From a virus (Duplodnaviria > Caudoviricetes), in the IMG/VR virus record IMGVR_UViG_3300033550_000005, positions 1 through 59,758 of that record: DNA of 59,758 nucleotides, one strand, 5' to 3'. The position numbers were made by a program, and so were the translations under genes. Below, in pieces: positions 28,581 to 37,923 of this stretch (position 1 is its first letter; every line of letters begins with the position of its first letter). Below the pieces are notes generated by a model. It saw nothing but the letters and a program-made list of their open reading frames with translations, was not told the DNA's origin and did not search any database.

Positions 28581-30397
28581 TGGCCGAGATCAACTACGAA
28601 GAGCTGAGTGACGAAGACCTGGACCGGATGATTGCCGGTGACGTGGTACCACCACCGAAAGCTCCTGGTGGCTTCAATACTGCTCCGACGCAAGCGCGGA
28701 ATGAGGCAACTCGTCGCAAGGGTATCTCAATCGCTGAAGAGATCGAGCCGTCATGGGTAAAGCGCGCGCTTGCCGGTTTCGGTGGTACGCTACAAGAACC
28801 GTTCGTATCTGGTGCTGAGAAATTTCAACTGGCGTTCCCAGGCCAAGGCGAAGCCGGGCAGCAACGCATTGCTGAGATCGGCAATGAACGCGCCCAGCGC
28901 CGCGGTGCACTTCGTCAGCTCCGTGAAACACCGGCTGGTCAAGTTGGTTCATTCGGTGCCGAGGTCATCCCATATGCCATCGCGCCTGCTACCATCCCAG
29001 CCCAGATGGCCACTGCCGGTGGTCTTGGCTTCTTGCGCGGAGGCCCTGATCGTCCCCGCGGCATCGGCCAAGAGCTTGCCACGTCGGCACTTGAGGGCGG
29101 CATTGATGCAGCCACAACGGGTCTCAGTCTCAAGGGTCTTGACTACGTCGGTCGAGGCTTAAACGCCGCGCGCGGTAAGTTTACACCGGCTGGTCAACGG
29201 TTATTGGACACTGACACAGCGGCCCAACGAGCAGGGCTCACAGGTGAGCTGCGTCCGACCATAGGCCAACTGGACGCATCATCTCCGATCGGTAACATGG
29301 AGCGGAACATGGCAAGCTATCCCGGTCGAGTTCAACGCCAGGCCGAGAAGCTGAAGGAGAGCCTTGACGCGACCCGCCAAGTGCCTGTACCCGGTGGAGG
29401 TATGGCTGAACAGGTTGTGCCTGGTGGTAACCTCTCACAAGAGTTGAAGGCTTCGATCGGTGAGCGCTACAAACAGGCTCGTGATATGTACCAAGCTGTT
29501 GATGACCTGGCGCTGCAGAAAGGCGTCGGCAACGTCACACCCATCTACTCCGTGCCACAGCTGTTGAGCATGCAGAAGAAGGCTGTGGGTGGTGATGAGG
29601 CCGCTGAGCTCGCTGTGAATCTGGTCAACAACTACGATGACAAGGCGCTAACCTGGATAGGTGATGCGTTGCAGAAGGGTGCGTCTCAGAAGGACATCAA
29701 AGCAGCAGGGATCCCGATGACGACATACCACGACATGCGTGTTGCTGTCAACAAGGCCATCGGTTCACTCGACCGAGTTCAACCTGCTAACAAGACGGCA
29801 GCTCAGTCGCGCGCCCAACAGCTGCTCCAAGATCTGCGCTCAGGTCTCGACAATGAGGTCGAGCGTTGGGCCTCTACAAACTCTGGCACCCGTGAGGTCG
29901 TTGATCAGTACAAGCGTGCCAAGCAGTTCTACTCAGACGTCGTAGCACCAGCTGTGGTCCAGAACCCGTTTGCGCGGAAGGTAGGCTCTCGGAACCGTCC
30001 GTTTAACTCGGCTGAAGAGCTGTATGGTGCGATCCACAACCCACGCAACCAGGAGCTGATTGAGCGTCTAGAGCCCACGATGAGCGGTGACACCCGCGCG
30101 ATGATGGCAACACTCAAGGATCTACCAGAGGTAGCACAGACCCTGGCTACTCGTCAGGCGCCTCAGATGCGCGGAACTGGTCCGCTGTCTTTGGCAATGG
30201 CTGCAGCAGCGCACCCTGGTGCGGCCGCGTCCTTGGCGCCTGGTGTGTCTCAGCTGTCGAGGACGGGAATGGCCAAGCGGCTGTACGCCGCAGAACCTCC
30301 GCTGCGTGGTCCACTAGGACGAGCGCTTGCTCCAGCTGCTCAGTATCCTCAAGAAGATCTCGAAAACGCGGCTCGAAGAATTCTGGACCTGCGCTAG
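28580..30397 (+). CDS. Putative internal virion/ejection protein
   Basis: Last gene of the + arm; helical Ala/Gly-rich. Confidence 0.55.
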   Translation: MAEINYEELSDEDLDRMIAGDVVPPPKAPGGFNTAPTQARNEATRRKGISIAEEIEPSWVKRALAGFGGTLQEPFVSGAEKFQLAFPGQGEAGQQRIAEIGNERAQRRGALRQLRETPAGQVGSFGAEVIPYAIAPATIPAQMATAGGLGFLRGGPDRPRGIGQELATSALEGGIDAATTGLSLKGLDYVGRGLNAARGKFTPAGQRLLDTDTAAQRAGLTGELRPTIGQLDASSPIGNMERNMASYPGRVQRQAEKLKESLDATRQVPVPGGGMAEQVVPGGNLSQELKASIGERYKQARDMYQAVDDLALQKGVGNVTPIYSVPQLLSMQKKAVGGDEAAELAVNLVNNYDDKALTWIGDALQKGASQKDIKAAGIPMTTYHDMRVAVNKAIGSLDRVQPANKTAAQSRAQQLLQDLRSGLDNEVERWASTNSGTREVVDQYKRAKQFYSDVVAPAVVQNPFARKVGSRNRPFNSAEELYGAIHNPRNQELIERLEPTMSGDTRAMMATLKDLPEVAQTLATRQAPQMRGTGPLSLAMAAAAHPGAAASLAPGVSQLSRTGMAKRLYAAEPPLRGPLGRALAPAAQYPQEDLENAARRILDLR

Positions 30398-30417
30398 GGT
30401 CATCCCACTCAGGGAGG

Positions 30418-31245
30418 TCAAAGGGTTGTCTTGACATTCTGCCCCTTGGCGATGGCATCAATGGCAGCATCAAGTTCATCACTACTGCATATTGTGTTCC
30501 AAGATACGGTATCGAACTCAGACACACTTATTGGAGCAATCATGTGGTTATTGCAGCAGCGGCTTAGAACGCGATAACGTAGAGCATCCCTCCTATCCCC
30601 ACATTGGGCGATGGCTTGACGGGCGTAGGCTTCAATTTGTGAAACGATCTTTTCGGCTTCCAACCGCTGCCGCAAACGATCTGGCACAACAAAACTGCAT
30701 AGGCTCTCAATGTCTGCCTTTAATTGACCCTGTAACGCCGGCAGCTCTCCACTCCCCGTAGCCTTTTCAACCATTTCGAGGTTGTGCTCGATATGGTCTG
30801 CTCCCTGATTGGCGGGTGGGTGGGCGGCCATTCGACGGGCAAACGATTCACGGAACTTGATGACGCTAATTGCTAGGTTTGTACCCTCTATACGGACAGC
30901 ATCGCCTATCGCGTTAAAAGTCTCATGGTACGGAAATGCCTCCCCGTCCCGCTTGCTGGCAAGGTGGGCAATGATGGCGCGGGCGAAATTACGCGGGCCA
31001 ACAACATTAGCACTGCTTTCCGTGTCGTAGAGGTCTAGGAGATACGTTAAGTCATCAATCTCCGCATCCGTCATCCCTTCGGCTGCTGGCTGCTCGGCTG
31101 GCGGGGTGCTGCTAAGATGACGCTGAATCCAATCAACAGCACCCTCGCAAGCTGCTGGTAACTCACCGTTAAGGATTGCGGCTTGCAGAGCGTCAATCAG
31201 TTCTTCCTGTGTGGTGTTGGTCAGTCCTTCGGTGTTTGGTGTCAT
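30418..31245 (-). CDS. Mosaic accessory protein (Eaa/Ea22-like)
   Basis: PAEQPAAEG, GMTDAEID, FARAIIA, RRDALRYR..ELDAAIDA modules typical of temperate-phage accessory ORFs. Confidence 0.55.
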   Translation of the reverse strand: MTPNTEGLTNTTQEELIDALQAAILNGELPAACEGAVDWIQRHLSSTPPAEQPAAEGMTDAEIDDLTYLLDLYDTESSANVVGPRNFARAIIAHLASKRDGEAFPYHETFNAIGDAVRIEGTNLAISVIKFRESFARRMAAHPPANQGADHIEHNLEMVEKATGSGELPALQGQLKADIESLCSFVVPDRLRQRLEAEKIVSQIEAYARQAIAQCGDRRDALRYRVLSRCCNNHMIAPISVSEFDTVSWNTICSSDELDAAIDAIAKGQNVKTTL

Positions 31246-31406
31246 TTCTTGTTTCTCCGGTCTGCGAGGTTGTGCAGGGCTTTCGGGTTGTTGTATTTGA
31301 TCGTCAGGCTGTGCGGCCTTTTTCGATGTTGCCGCTTATGTACCAGCCGACCGACAAAGCCTTCAGTGCGGCAAATCTCGCACTCCCTGGTGCGTAGAAA
31401 CTTCAC
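31242..31406 (-). CDS. Small basic hypothetical protein
   Basis: 54-aa GTG ORF read by hand, overlapping both neighbours by 4 nt. Confidence 0.45.
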   Translation of the reverse strand: MKFLRTRECEICRTEGFVGRLVHKRQHRKRPHSLTIKYNNPKALHNLADRRNKK

Positions 31407-31630
31407 TTCCCGCCCTCCCCATCAGCGTGTTGCGGTTGGTCGGGTGCGTGCTCAATGCGTAAATTCACCCGCTGACCTTCCTTGTCTGATTCATCTATGC
31501 ACCAGATGACCTCTGTGACTGTCCCGTACTTTTCGCCAGCGAAACGTAGGGTGTCGCCAAGTCTAGGCAGGTGTTCCATCCGCCAGTTGATGACCCTTTT
31601 GTTATTGAGGAAGCCGTGTACCTTAAACAT
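31403..31630 (-). CDS. Hypothetical protein
   Basis: AAGGAG RBS; overlap coupling. Confidence 0.55.
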   Translation of the reverse strand: MFKVHGFLNNKRVINWRMEHLPRLGDTLRFAGEKYGTVTEVIWCIDESDKEGQRVNLRIEHAPDQPQHADGEGGK

Positions 31631-32531
31631 GCTTCCGCTCCTTATCCGTCTCTGATTGGGGCGGGGCGGTGTCGGGCTGCTTCATGCGCTCCGGGTGAGC
31701 TTCTGCGAAGTCATCGAAGTCCTTGGTGCGATGACGTACAGCATGCCAATGCGTGTTCTGTGTTGGGTCTGGGTTAATCGGCAACCGATTCAAATACGCA
31801 TCCAGCGCATGAACTGCATAGCGGTCGCGAGCCCGGAATATAAAGATCGGCTCATCGTGCGGGATCGGTTCGCCGCTGGCGCGGTTGATGATGTGATTGC
31901 CGTCCGTCGTGTATTTCGGCTCCTGTGAAACAGGCAAGCCCTGCGCTACGGTAAGCGGTGCTGGGGCGGCGGAACTCTCGTAAGCCGCTTCCAATTCAAG
32001 CCACAGATCGCAAGGGAGAATCCAAGCCAATTCGCCATTTATTTCAAGGCTTACATAATGGCCGCCCTTGGTCTTATAGGTGGTCAGGCGATCATCAATT
32101 ACCTTTTTAACGGCAGAGAACAACCGTTCGGATGCGCTGCGCTGCGGCTTGGCGTATAGCTTAGTGTGTGGAGCAAGGTCTTCCCAGCGCGGGTTATAAA
32201 GAATGCGATGATCAAGCCCCACAACACCAACATGCTCATCCGGCACCTTAGCGGCCTGCGCTTGGGTGAGTTGCTTGAAGTGCTCGGTGTTTTCCATTTC
32301 ACAGATGACCTGCTGCTTGGTGAATTCGAGCTGTTCTTTCAGTTCGGCCACTTCCTTTTGCAGCGCCTCGACAGAGGGAGGGGCGGTGTAGAGCTTCGTG
32401 CCGTCCATAACTCTCACACCGGGTAGCAAATTACATAGCTGCGTCCCGATATTCCGATTGTCACCGTTGTAGTGAATTCGCACTACCTCAGCAACCGGCT
32501 CCCTGCATGCATCATTGTTTGTGGTGTTCAT
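31623..32531 (-). CDS. Mosaic accessory protein
   Basis: EPVA / TKLYTAPP repeats; C-terminal DEPIFIFRARD domain. Confidence 0.55.
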   Translation of the reverse strand: MNTTNNDACREPVAEVVRIHYNGDNRNIGTQLCNLLPGVRVMDGTKLYTAPPSVEALQKEVAELKEQLEFTKQQVICEMENTEHFKQLTQAQAAKVPDEHVGVVGLDHRILYNPRWEDLAPHTKLYAKPQRSASERLFSAVKKVIDDRLTTYKTKGGHYVSLEINGELAWILPCDLWLELEAAYESSAAPAPLTVAQGLPVSQEPKYTTDGNHIINRASGEPIPHDEPIFIFRARDRYAVHALDAYLNRLPINPDPTQNTHWHAVRHRTKDFDDFAEAHPERMKQPDTAPPQSETDKERKHV

Positions 32532-32534
32532 GGT

Positions 32535-32723
32535 TTAGTCCTTCCAACAAGACAAAGCTGCGCCGTCAGCAGTAACCATAGCTGCGCAAGTGATGCCGGG
32601 CTTTGGCTGGTGCATGGTGATAGGCGTTGTTGCGTTGCTGAATAAACGCGCTGCATACATTCCGCCAGCCATGACCGCGAGTATCGTGATAATTCCTATA
32701 GCGATAACAAGAAAGTCTTTCAT
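32535..32723 (-). CDS. Small membrane protein
   Basis: N-terminal TM, Cys pair. Confidence 0.55.
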   Translation of the reverse strand: MKDFLVIAIGIITILAVMAGGMYAARLFSNATTPITMHQPKPGITCAAMVTADGAALSCWKD

Positions 32724-32733
32724 ATCATTTTCC

Positions 32734-32919
32734 TTAGCTGTCGCCGTCTTGATGAAATGGGATTACGATCTTGCATGCCAGCCCGACAGCAAAACTTCCT
32801 GTGACGATCAACAGAAGCAATGGGAATAGTTGAACATCCCGGAATAGCGCTGTAACGACACCTACACATAAAGCCCCGAAAGCGGCCGTGATTGCATAAC
32901 GTGTGCTGTGGAATTTCAT
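32734..32919 (-). CDS. Small two-TM protein
   Basis: Two hydrophobic segments; AAGGAG RBS. Confidence 0.55.
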   Translation of the reverse strand: MKFHSTRYAITAAFGALCVGVVTALFRDVQLFPLLLLIVTGSFAVGLACKIVIPFHQDGDS

Positions 32920-32930
32920 CTCACTTCTCC

Positions 32931-33260
32931 TTAACTATTAGCCTTGTCGTGGGCGGCTAGGGCTTCACTGGCCTTGATTGATGCTTGAGAGGCTTTCTCT
33001 GCGTTTTCTGCTGCGTCCATGTTGCAAGACATACAAACCGCCTCTCTGCATTTAAGGCCGTTACACGCCACTTCCTGAGTCACAACCCAAGGGAGTACAT
33101 TACGCAGCTCGTTCGCCAGCCTCTCTACATCCTCGCGGGAGGATTGGAGTTGCTTTTTCATTACTTCTACATATTCCTTTACATTGAAAGCACCTACAGT
33201 CGATTTACCGAACGTCCTCAACATCTGGTCAAAGGCTAGATCAAACTCTTGTTCACTCAT
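32931..33260 (-). CDS. Hypothetical protein with Cys cluster
   Basis: ACNGLKCREAVCMSC. Confidence 0.55.
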   Translation of the reverse strand: MSEQEFDLAFDQMLRTFGKSTVGAFNVKEYVEVMKKQLQSSREDVERLANELRNVLPWVVTQEVACNGLKCREAVCMSCNMDAAENAEKASQASIKASEALAAHDKANS

Positions 33261-33631
33261 TTCTTCTCTCCAAGGGCGCGGACACTATCAGCAGCTTCAC
33301 CTGCACCATCCGCCATACGTCCGTAAGTATCTGGATCATTGAGTGCGCGCAATTCAGCTTCCTTCGCTTCGCAAACCTTCCAACACTCATCAATCGTCTC
33401 CGCTCTTACTTGTTCTGCGTGGGCACTCATTGCCTTAGTTACAAGACTCTTAAATTCGTAGAAATCCTCAGAACCAGACGCCCACCAGTCATGTAATTCA
33501 TCAGGAATATCAACAACCTCCAGCCCCTTCGGCTGCTCTGGGGTGGCACGCTGGTATGGAAAAGTTGTGTTGCATGCATGCACCATGTCTCCAGTTCCGT
33601 TGTCGCTGTATCCGCATTTAGGGCAGTTCAT
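33257..33631 (-). CDS. Hypothetical protein
   Basis: N-terminal CPKC; overlap coupling. Confidence 0.55.
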   Translation of the reverse strand: MNCPKCGYSDNGTGDMVHACNTTFPYQRATPEQPKGLEVVDIPDELHDWWASGSEDFYEFKSLVTKAMSAHAEQVRAETIDECWKVCEAKEAELRALNDPDTYGRMADGAGEAADSVRALGEKK

Positions 33632-33635
33632 TCAC

Positions 33636-33884
33636 TCACTCCTTCTTCGAGTACGTACGCTCAATCTCTTTGTACAGCTCACCAGGCCCGACGACCCAGC
33701 CACCTATGATCTGATAACCGATGTCCGAAGAGCGAACAACTAATGGCAAAGAGGTACGTCGGCAGACGGTGACGTCATCACCTGTGTAGTACACCACGCC
33801 ACCAGCGCTGTGCTCTTGAAGCTTGGGCAGCAGCAGGCGCTCAAGCAGCTCCTCTGCCCTGAAGTAGATCGCGTCTGAGTTCAT
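33636..33884 (-). CDS. Hypothetical protein
   Basis: AAGGAG RBS. Confidence 0.55.
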   Translation of the reverse strand: MNSDAIYFRAEELLERLLLPKLQEHSAGGVVYYTGDDVTVCRRTSLPLVVRSSDIGYQIIGGWVVGPGELYKEIERTYSKKE

Positions 33885-34354
33885 TTGAACTTCTCCTTCA
33901 GCTCTTCAAGCCTAACCTGATACACCTTCTTCTCTGCAGCCGTTGCGCGGCGGATAGTGACTTCATGGCCGTTTCTGAGATCACGCTGCACAAAGCCCCA
34001 GTCATAGCGTTGGCCGTCCTCTGTGTAGATCGGGCTCATCATGGAGCGGCTTTCACTGTAGAAGTGATCACCGATGTAGATGAGCTTAGTTGGCAACAGC
34101 TCAGGCTTCCGCACGATGTAGCCTTCCGGCACTGAGTCGATGGTCTCCATCTTGGAGAGCTCTTCAACAGCCTTGGCGCGGTCTTCAAAGCAGTAGCGGA
34201 AAGCGTATCCAGTTTCCATAACGTCAACAAGGATGGCCGTTGTGTAGAGCATCTTTCCAAGACATACCCACGTGTCATCGTCCAGCTTCCGCCAGTGTGA
34301 ATAGTCACCAAGCCCATTCTCTACCCACCACTCATCAGATGGAAACTCAGCCAT
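33881..34354 (-). CDS. Hypothetical two-domain protein
   Basis: GAGGAG RBS; overlap coupling. Confidence 0.55.
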   Translation of the reverse strand: MAEFPSDEWWVENGLGDYSHWRKLDDDTWVCLGKMLYTTAILVDVMETGYAFRYCFEDRAKAVEELSKMETIDSVPEGYIVRKPELLPTKLIYIGDHFYSESRSMMSPIYTEDGQRYDWGFVQRDLRNGHEVTIRRATAAEKKVYQVRLEELKEKFK

Positions 34355-34562
34355 GGCGTGTGCTCCTCAGGTTGTGGTAGATGGTAAAGCGCTCAAGCTG
34401 TTCCTCTAGCTCGCTTATGTTTGCCTCGATGTCATCGAGCACCTTGTCCGATGCTCCGTGCGACAGAATGACATACGTCGCCCACAGATAGCGGATCCAC
34501 GCACGTAGGCACAACGCGTAGAGCTCAGCGCCTCCCTTCTGAAGCCTGCTGATCATGGCCAC
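34347..34562 (-). CDS. Hypothetical protein
   Basis: Operon packing. Confidence 0.45.
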   Translation of the reverse strand: MAMISRLQKGGAELYALCLRAWIRYLWATYVILSHGASDKVLDDIEANISELEEQLERFTIYHNLRSTRHG

Positions 34563-34659
34563 AGTGTTACCACAAGGTAGACCGCTAATGCACAGAGGGA
34601 GGTCCAGAAGACCAGTCCGTCTCTGTGTTCGTGGAACTTCTGCATCGTCTTACGCATGT

Positions 34660-34962
34660 TCATGGTTCTCTCCTAAACAAAACAGCGATGCCGCGCTTGG
34701 TGTTCTCGGCATGGGTAACTTCTTCAAGGTGGTGCGGGTTTACGCAGCACCTCGTCCTACACGTGTGGTCAAGTACGTGGGTCTTGGCGTTTCGCAACAA
34801 CCTGCCAACCACGACCCACACAGCCCTGTGGGCCACCATCCGCTTACCGCCTGGCATCGTCAGGATCCCGTAGCCGTTGCGGTTCAGCTCACCGACCCAC
34901 AACCAACACCCTGTCTCTGTCACGCGGACAATCTTGTCCTCGACCTTCTGAGGCAGCTCCAC
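34660..34962 (-). CDS. HNH endonuclease
   Basis: GCWLW.G..NGYG, AHRAVW, LDHTCRTRCCVNPHHLEEVTHAEN. Confidence 0.85.
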   Translation of the reverse strand: MELPQKVEDKIVRVTETGCWLWVGELNRNGYGILTMPGGKRMVAHRAVWVVVGRLLRNAKTHVLDHTCRTRCCVNPHHLEEVTHAENTKRGIAVLFRREP

Positions 34963-34983
34963 AACCCTCTCCTATTTAGAGTA

Positions 34984-35460
34984 TTATACCATTAATTCTC
35001 CATGATTTACCCAACCGGTTGGACCCTTGATGGATACCCACAGGTCACGTGCTTCTGGGTGTGGATACTCCTCTAGGAACACGATCCGCTCGCATGAGGT
35101 GTTGAGGAGAAGCTTGATGCAGGTGATGCAGGGCGACGCGGTGCAGTAGACAGTGTGGATGTCCCACGGGTCTCGGCACTGCAATAGCATGTTCTGCTCA
35201 GCATGGATCGCATGACAGCCGTCGAGAGCAGTACCACTGGCCGCATTCGCCGCGGTGCACGCGTGCGGAAAACCAGTCTCGTGGAACTGGTCGTGGTCGT
35301 TACAGTGCGACACGCCCATCGGCACGCCGTTGTACCCAGTGGCAAGCACGTGGCCGCGCGCGTTGACGGCCACAGCGCCTACATTCCGCCGTAGACACGT
35401 GGAGCGTCGTGCCACGAGGCTCGCCATGTCGGCGAAGTATTGATCACGCGTCGGGCGCAT
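34984..35460 (-). CDS. dCMP deaminase
   Basis: RSTCLRRNVGAV, TGYNG, HAEQN, SPCITC Zn-deaminase motifs. Confidence 0.9.
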   Translation of the reverse strand: MRPTRDQYFADMASLVARRSTCLRRNVGAVAVNARGHVLATGYNGVPMGVSHCNDHDQFHETGFPHACTAANAASGTALDGCHAIHAEQNMLLQCRDPWDIHTVYCTASPCITCIKLLLNTSCERIVFLEEYPHPEARDLWVSIKGPTGWVNHGELMV

Positions 35461-36247
35461 AGCAGTCTACCAACCAGCTCTGAAACAGCCCACCTACTGT
35501 GTCAAACTTACCAGCCCGCATATCATCTACCTCACTGGCGCTTGAGATCCTCGGTGCCTCGACGTATATCTGCTCTTCCTTCACCAGCTTGTCGAGGAGG
35601 TCGAAGTGCCGCTCATAGGCGTGGAACGAGTCCACCTTGACCGTCAACGTGCCCATCTGTAGGTCTGGGTACACGCGTTGCAGATATTTGAGCACCATTT
35701 CCTGTACGATAGAGAAGAAGGGCACATCGTTCCCCATGCCAAACACGGCGTCTTGCGACCGCATGTGGACTGAGCAGTGGAGGAACGTGCCACGGATGTG
35801 GAAGGCGAGGAGCGAGGTGCATGGTACATCCTTGTTCTGTAGGAACAAGTGGTCATCGGCCAGGATGGTGATGACAGCTCGGCGTGAGTCTTTGTCGTGT
35901 GTCAAGCAGTCAACGACGTAGTCGATGCCGCCCTCCTTGAAGATGTAGTACCCATAGTTCGAGTGCAGCTTCCCATAGGTTACACAGTCCGCCCAGATCT
36001 TCGCGTGGTCACAGATGGACAGATCCTCGAGGTCACCCTTCAAATACCACAGCGTCTCTGCCTTGATGTAGTCCAGATTCAACTTGCGGCTCGGGAAGGC
36101 TGGGAAGCGGTCGAACGGCGCCAGCGTATACTGGTAATCCAACAGCTCGATCGTCAGCTGACCGCGTGGCCGACTGGGCAGTCCGGTGTTGTTGAGGTCT
36201 TCGTATATCTTGCGGAATGAGGTGATCCTATGGGCGTTCGAGGACAC
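35444..36247 (-). CDS. Thymidylate-synthase-fold enzyme, probably dCMP-directed (methyl/hydroxymethyl-transferase)
   Basis: AETLWY, DSRRA, DVPCT catalytic Cys, MRSQDAVFGMGND, SFHAY; Asp at the specificity position. Confidence 0.8.
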   Translation of the reverse strand: MSSNAHRITSFRKIYEDLNNTGLPSRPRGQLTIELLDYQYTLAPFDRFPAFPSRKLNLDYIKAETLWYLKGDLEDLSICDHAKIWADCVTYGKLHSNYGYYIFKEGGIDYVVDCLTHDKDSRRAVITILADDHLFLQNKDVPCTSLLAFHIRGTFLHCSVHMRSQDAVFGMGNDVPFFSIVQEMVLKYLQRVYPDLQMGTLTVKVDSFHAYERHFDLLDKLVKEEQIYVEAPRISSASEVDDMRAGKFDTVGGLFQSWLVDCYAPDA

Positions 36248-37121
36248 GTTTGAGCTCCTTGATGAGTGGATATTCGCGGCTGAAGTAGAACCGCTTGTGG
36301 TACTGCGGGTGCGGGCAGACTTGGTGGGTCACGCCATATTTACGACACCACGTGCTGGCATAGTTGCCAAGGGCAATGACCTCACCGCCGGGGATGAGGA
36401 GGTCTGTATCATTGTCCTTTCCGTCGTGTGTGAACGCGTTGGCCCAGTTGAGGTTGTACTCGCTGATCCCAGCATCGTCTAGTTGAGCGGCTAACCACTC
36501 AGAACAGCCAGCGCCTGTGAACGAGACGAATGGGACCTGGAGCGCCTCTTGGACGTGGGTGCGTACGTTCGGCCGGTCGCCCAAGAGCGTGACCTTGATA
36601 TGTGCACGCCGCTCCAACACAGCTGCCTCGATCCACATCATGAGTTGGTCGATCGACTCGGTCGTGTAGTCGAACTCAACGACTGGGAGGTGGGTATCTA
36701 GCAGCTGGTAGCCGTCGTAGACCCGCTTCAGTTGACCTGAGTCCTTCAACATCTCCTCGGCTAGGCGGCCGCGGAATGTTTGTAGACATCTCTCAAACGG
36801 TGGTCTACACAGCACAACAACGCCGTCACAGCGCAGAGCTGCGCGCTCAAGCATGCGTCGACTGACTGAGGAGATGCGTGACGGCTCATTGCGGAAGACG
36901 TCAGCGTAGATGGGCTCTGAGAGCCAGGAACGGTCCATGATCGTGTGGGCGCCACCAAGAGCTGAGCGCAGTGATGCCATATACGCTACGCTCAGCTCTT
37001 GGGGACCGAGCCCCTTATACGAACCGTGGTGGACGGTGACGGCACCGGGTAGCCGTTCTGCCAAGAGCTTGGCAGTTGTGGACTTCCCCGACCCGTCACA
37101 ACCTTCCAACAGGATTAACAT
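36228..37121 (-). CDS. Thymidylate-kinase-like P-loop kinase fused to a uracil-DNA-glycosylase-like domain
   Basis: LEGCDGSGKST, DRSWLSEPIY; C-terminal LLGDRPN..PF..G, VIALG, HPQY. Confidence 0.7.
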   Translation of the reverse strand: MLILLEGCDGSGKSTTAKLLAERLPGAVTVHHGSYKGLGPQELSVAYMASLRSALGGAHTIMDRSWLSEPIYADVFRNEPSRISSVSRRMLERAALRCDGVVVLCRPPFERCLQTFRGRLAEEMLKDSGQLKRVYDGYQLLDTHLPVVEFDYTTESIDQLMMWIEAAVLERRAHIKVTLLGDRPNVRTHVQEALQVPFVSFTGAGCSEWLAAQLDDAGISEYNLNWANAFTHDGKDNDTDLLIPGGEVIALGNYASTWCRKYGVTHQVCPHPQYHKRFYFSREYPLIKELKRVLERP

Positions 37122-37132
37122 AGTCGGCCTCC

Positions 37133-37876
37133 TTACTTGAGCAGGCCGTCTTTCTTCAACTTCGAGCGGTTCCAGCTGACATCTGCCGGACCTGCCTTCG
37201 AATCCGGAAACTGCTTCTTCACCGCTTCCAAGATCGCGTCAGACTCCTTGCCTGCGAGGATCAGCTCACGGATCAGAGCACCAGCACCTGGCTTGCGGCC
37301 GCGGGTCTCGCCACTGTCTTCCTTGTTGGGCTTGGCCTGTAGCTTCTCAGCCTTCTTGGCGGATGCCGTTACGACCTTCTCGGCTACCTTCTTTGCGGCT
37401 GCTGCCTTGGCTACCGGCTTAGCGGCCGGCTTCTTTGCTGCGGGTTTCTTTGCTGCTGTTGCCATATCTTCTGACTCCTTTGGTCGCTCAGTGGTAGGGA
37501 AATAGTCGAGCGGCGTAACTGAGCGAATACGCTTCCCGTCTTTTGAAAAAATGGTGACGACCATGCGTTTGAGCTCGCCAAGGGTGACGTGCTCAGGCAT
37601 GAGGTGATTGGTGGTTAGCTTCCGGAGCTCTCTGAAGGTGGCCATGTCGAACGGCCGGCGGGTCGTCTCGGCACAATAGTGCCCTGCCGCGCGCTTCACA
37701 GGAAAGTCGGTGGTGTGATACTCTTTGAAGAACTTCTTGGTGGTCTCGACGACGCCCTTCAGGGTATCGATCGGAACGTAGAGGACGGTGTCATCGGCCT
37801 CATTGTACGAGAGCACAATGGCTGATGCTGCCTTGGTCTGCGAGACGCAGACGAACGGGGGTAGTGAGAACATCAA
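37133..37876 (-). CDS. Protein with histone-like K/A-rich linker and C-terminal helical putative DNA-binding domain
   Basis: AAKKPAAKK repeats; internal ATG at 37465 with AAGGAG RBS. Confidence 0.6.
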   Translation of the reverse strand: MMFSLPPFVCVSQTKAASAIVLSYNEADDTVLYVPIDTLKGVVETTKKFFKEYHTTDFPVKRAAGHYCAETTRRPFDMATFRELRKLTTNHLMPEHVTLGELKRMVVTIFSKDGKRIRSVTPLDYFPTTERPKESEDMATAAKKPAAKKPAAKPVAKAAAAKKVAEKVVTASAKKAEKLQAKPNKEDSGETRGRKPGAGALIRELILAGKESDAILEAVKKQFPDSKAGPADVSWNRSKLKKDGLLK

Positions 37877-37923
37877 ACACTCCTTAACAAGATCAATGAA
37901 GCAACACCTATTCTCTCAGATTT

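Noticed and set aside
34660-34962. HNH gene as part of a self-splicing intron
   Set aside because: It is free-standing between intact ORFs; no interrupted host gene or intron core seen.
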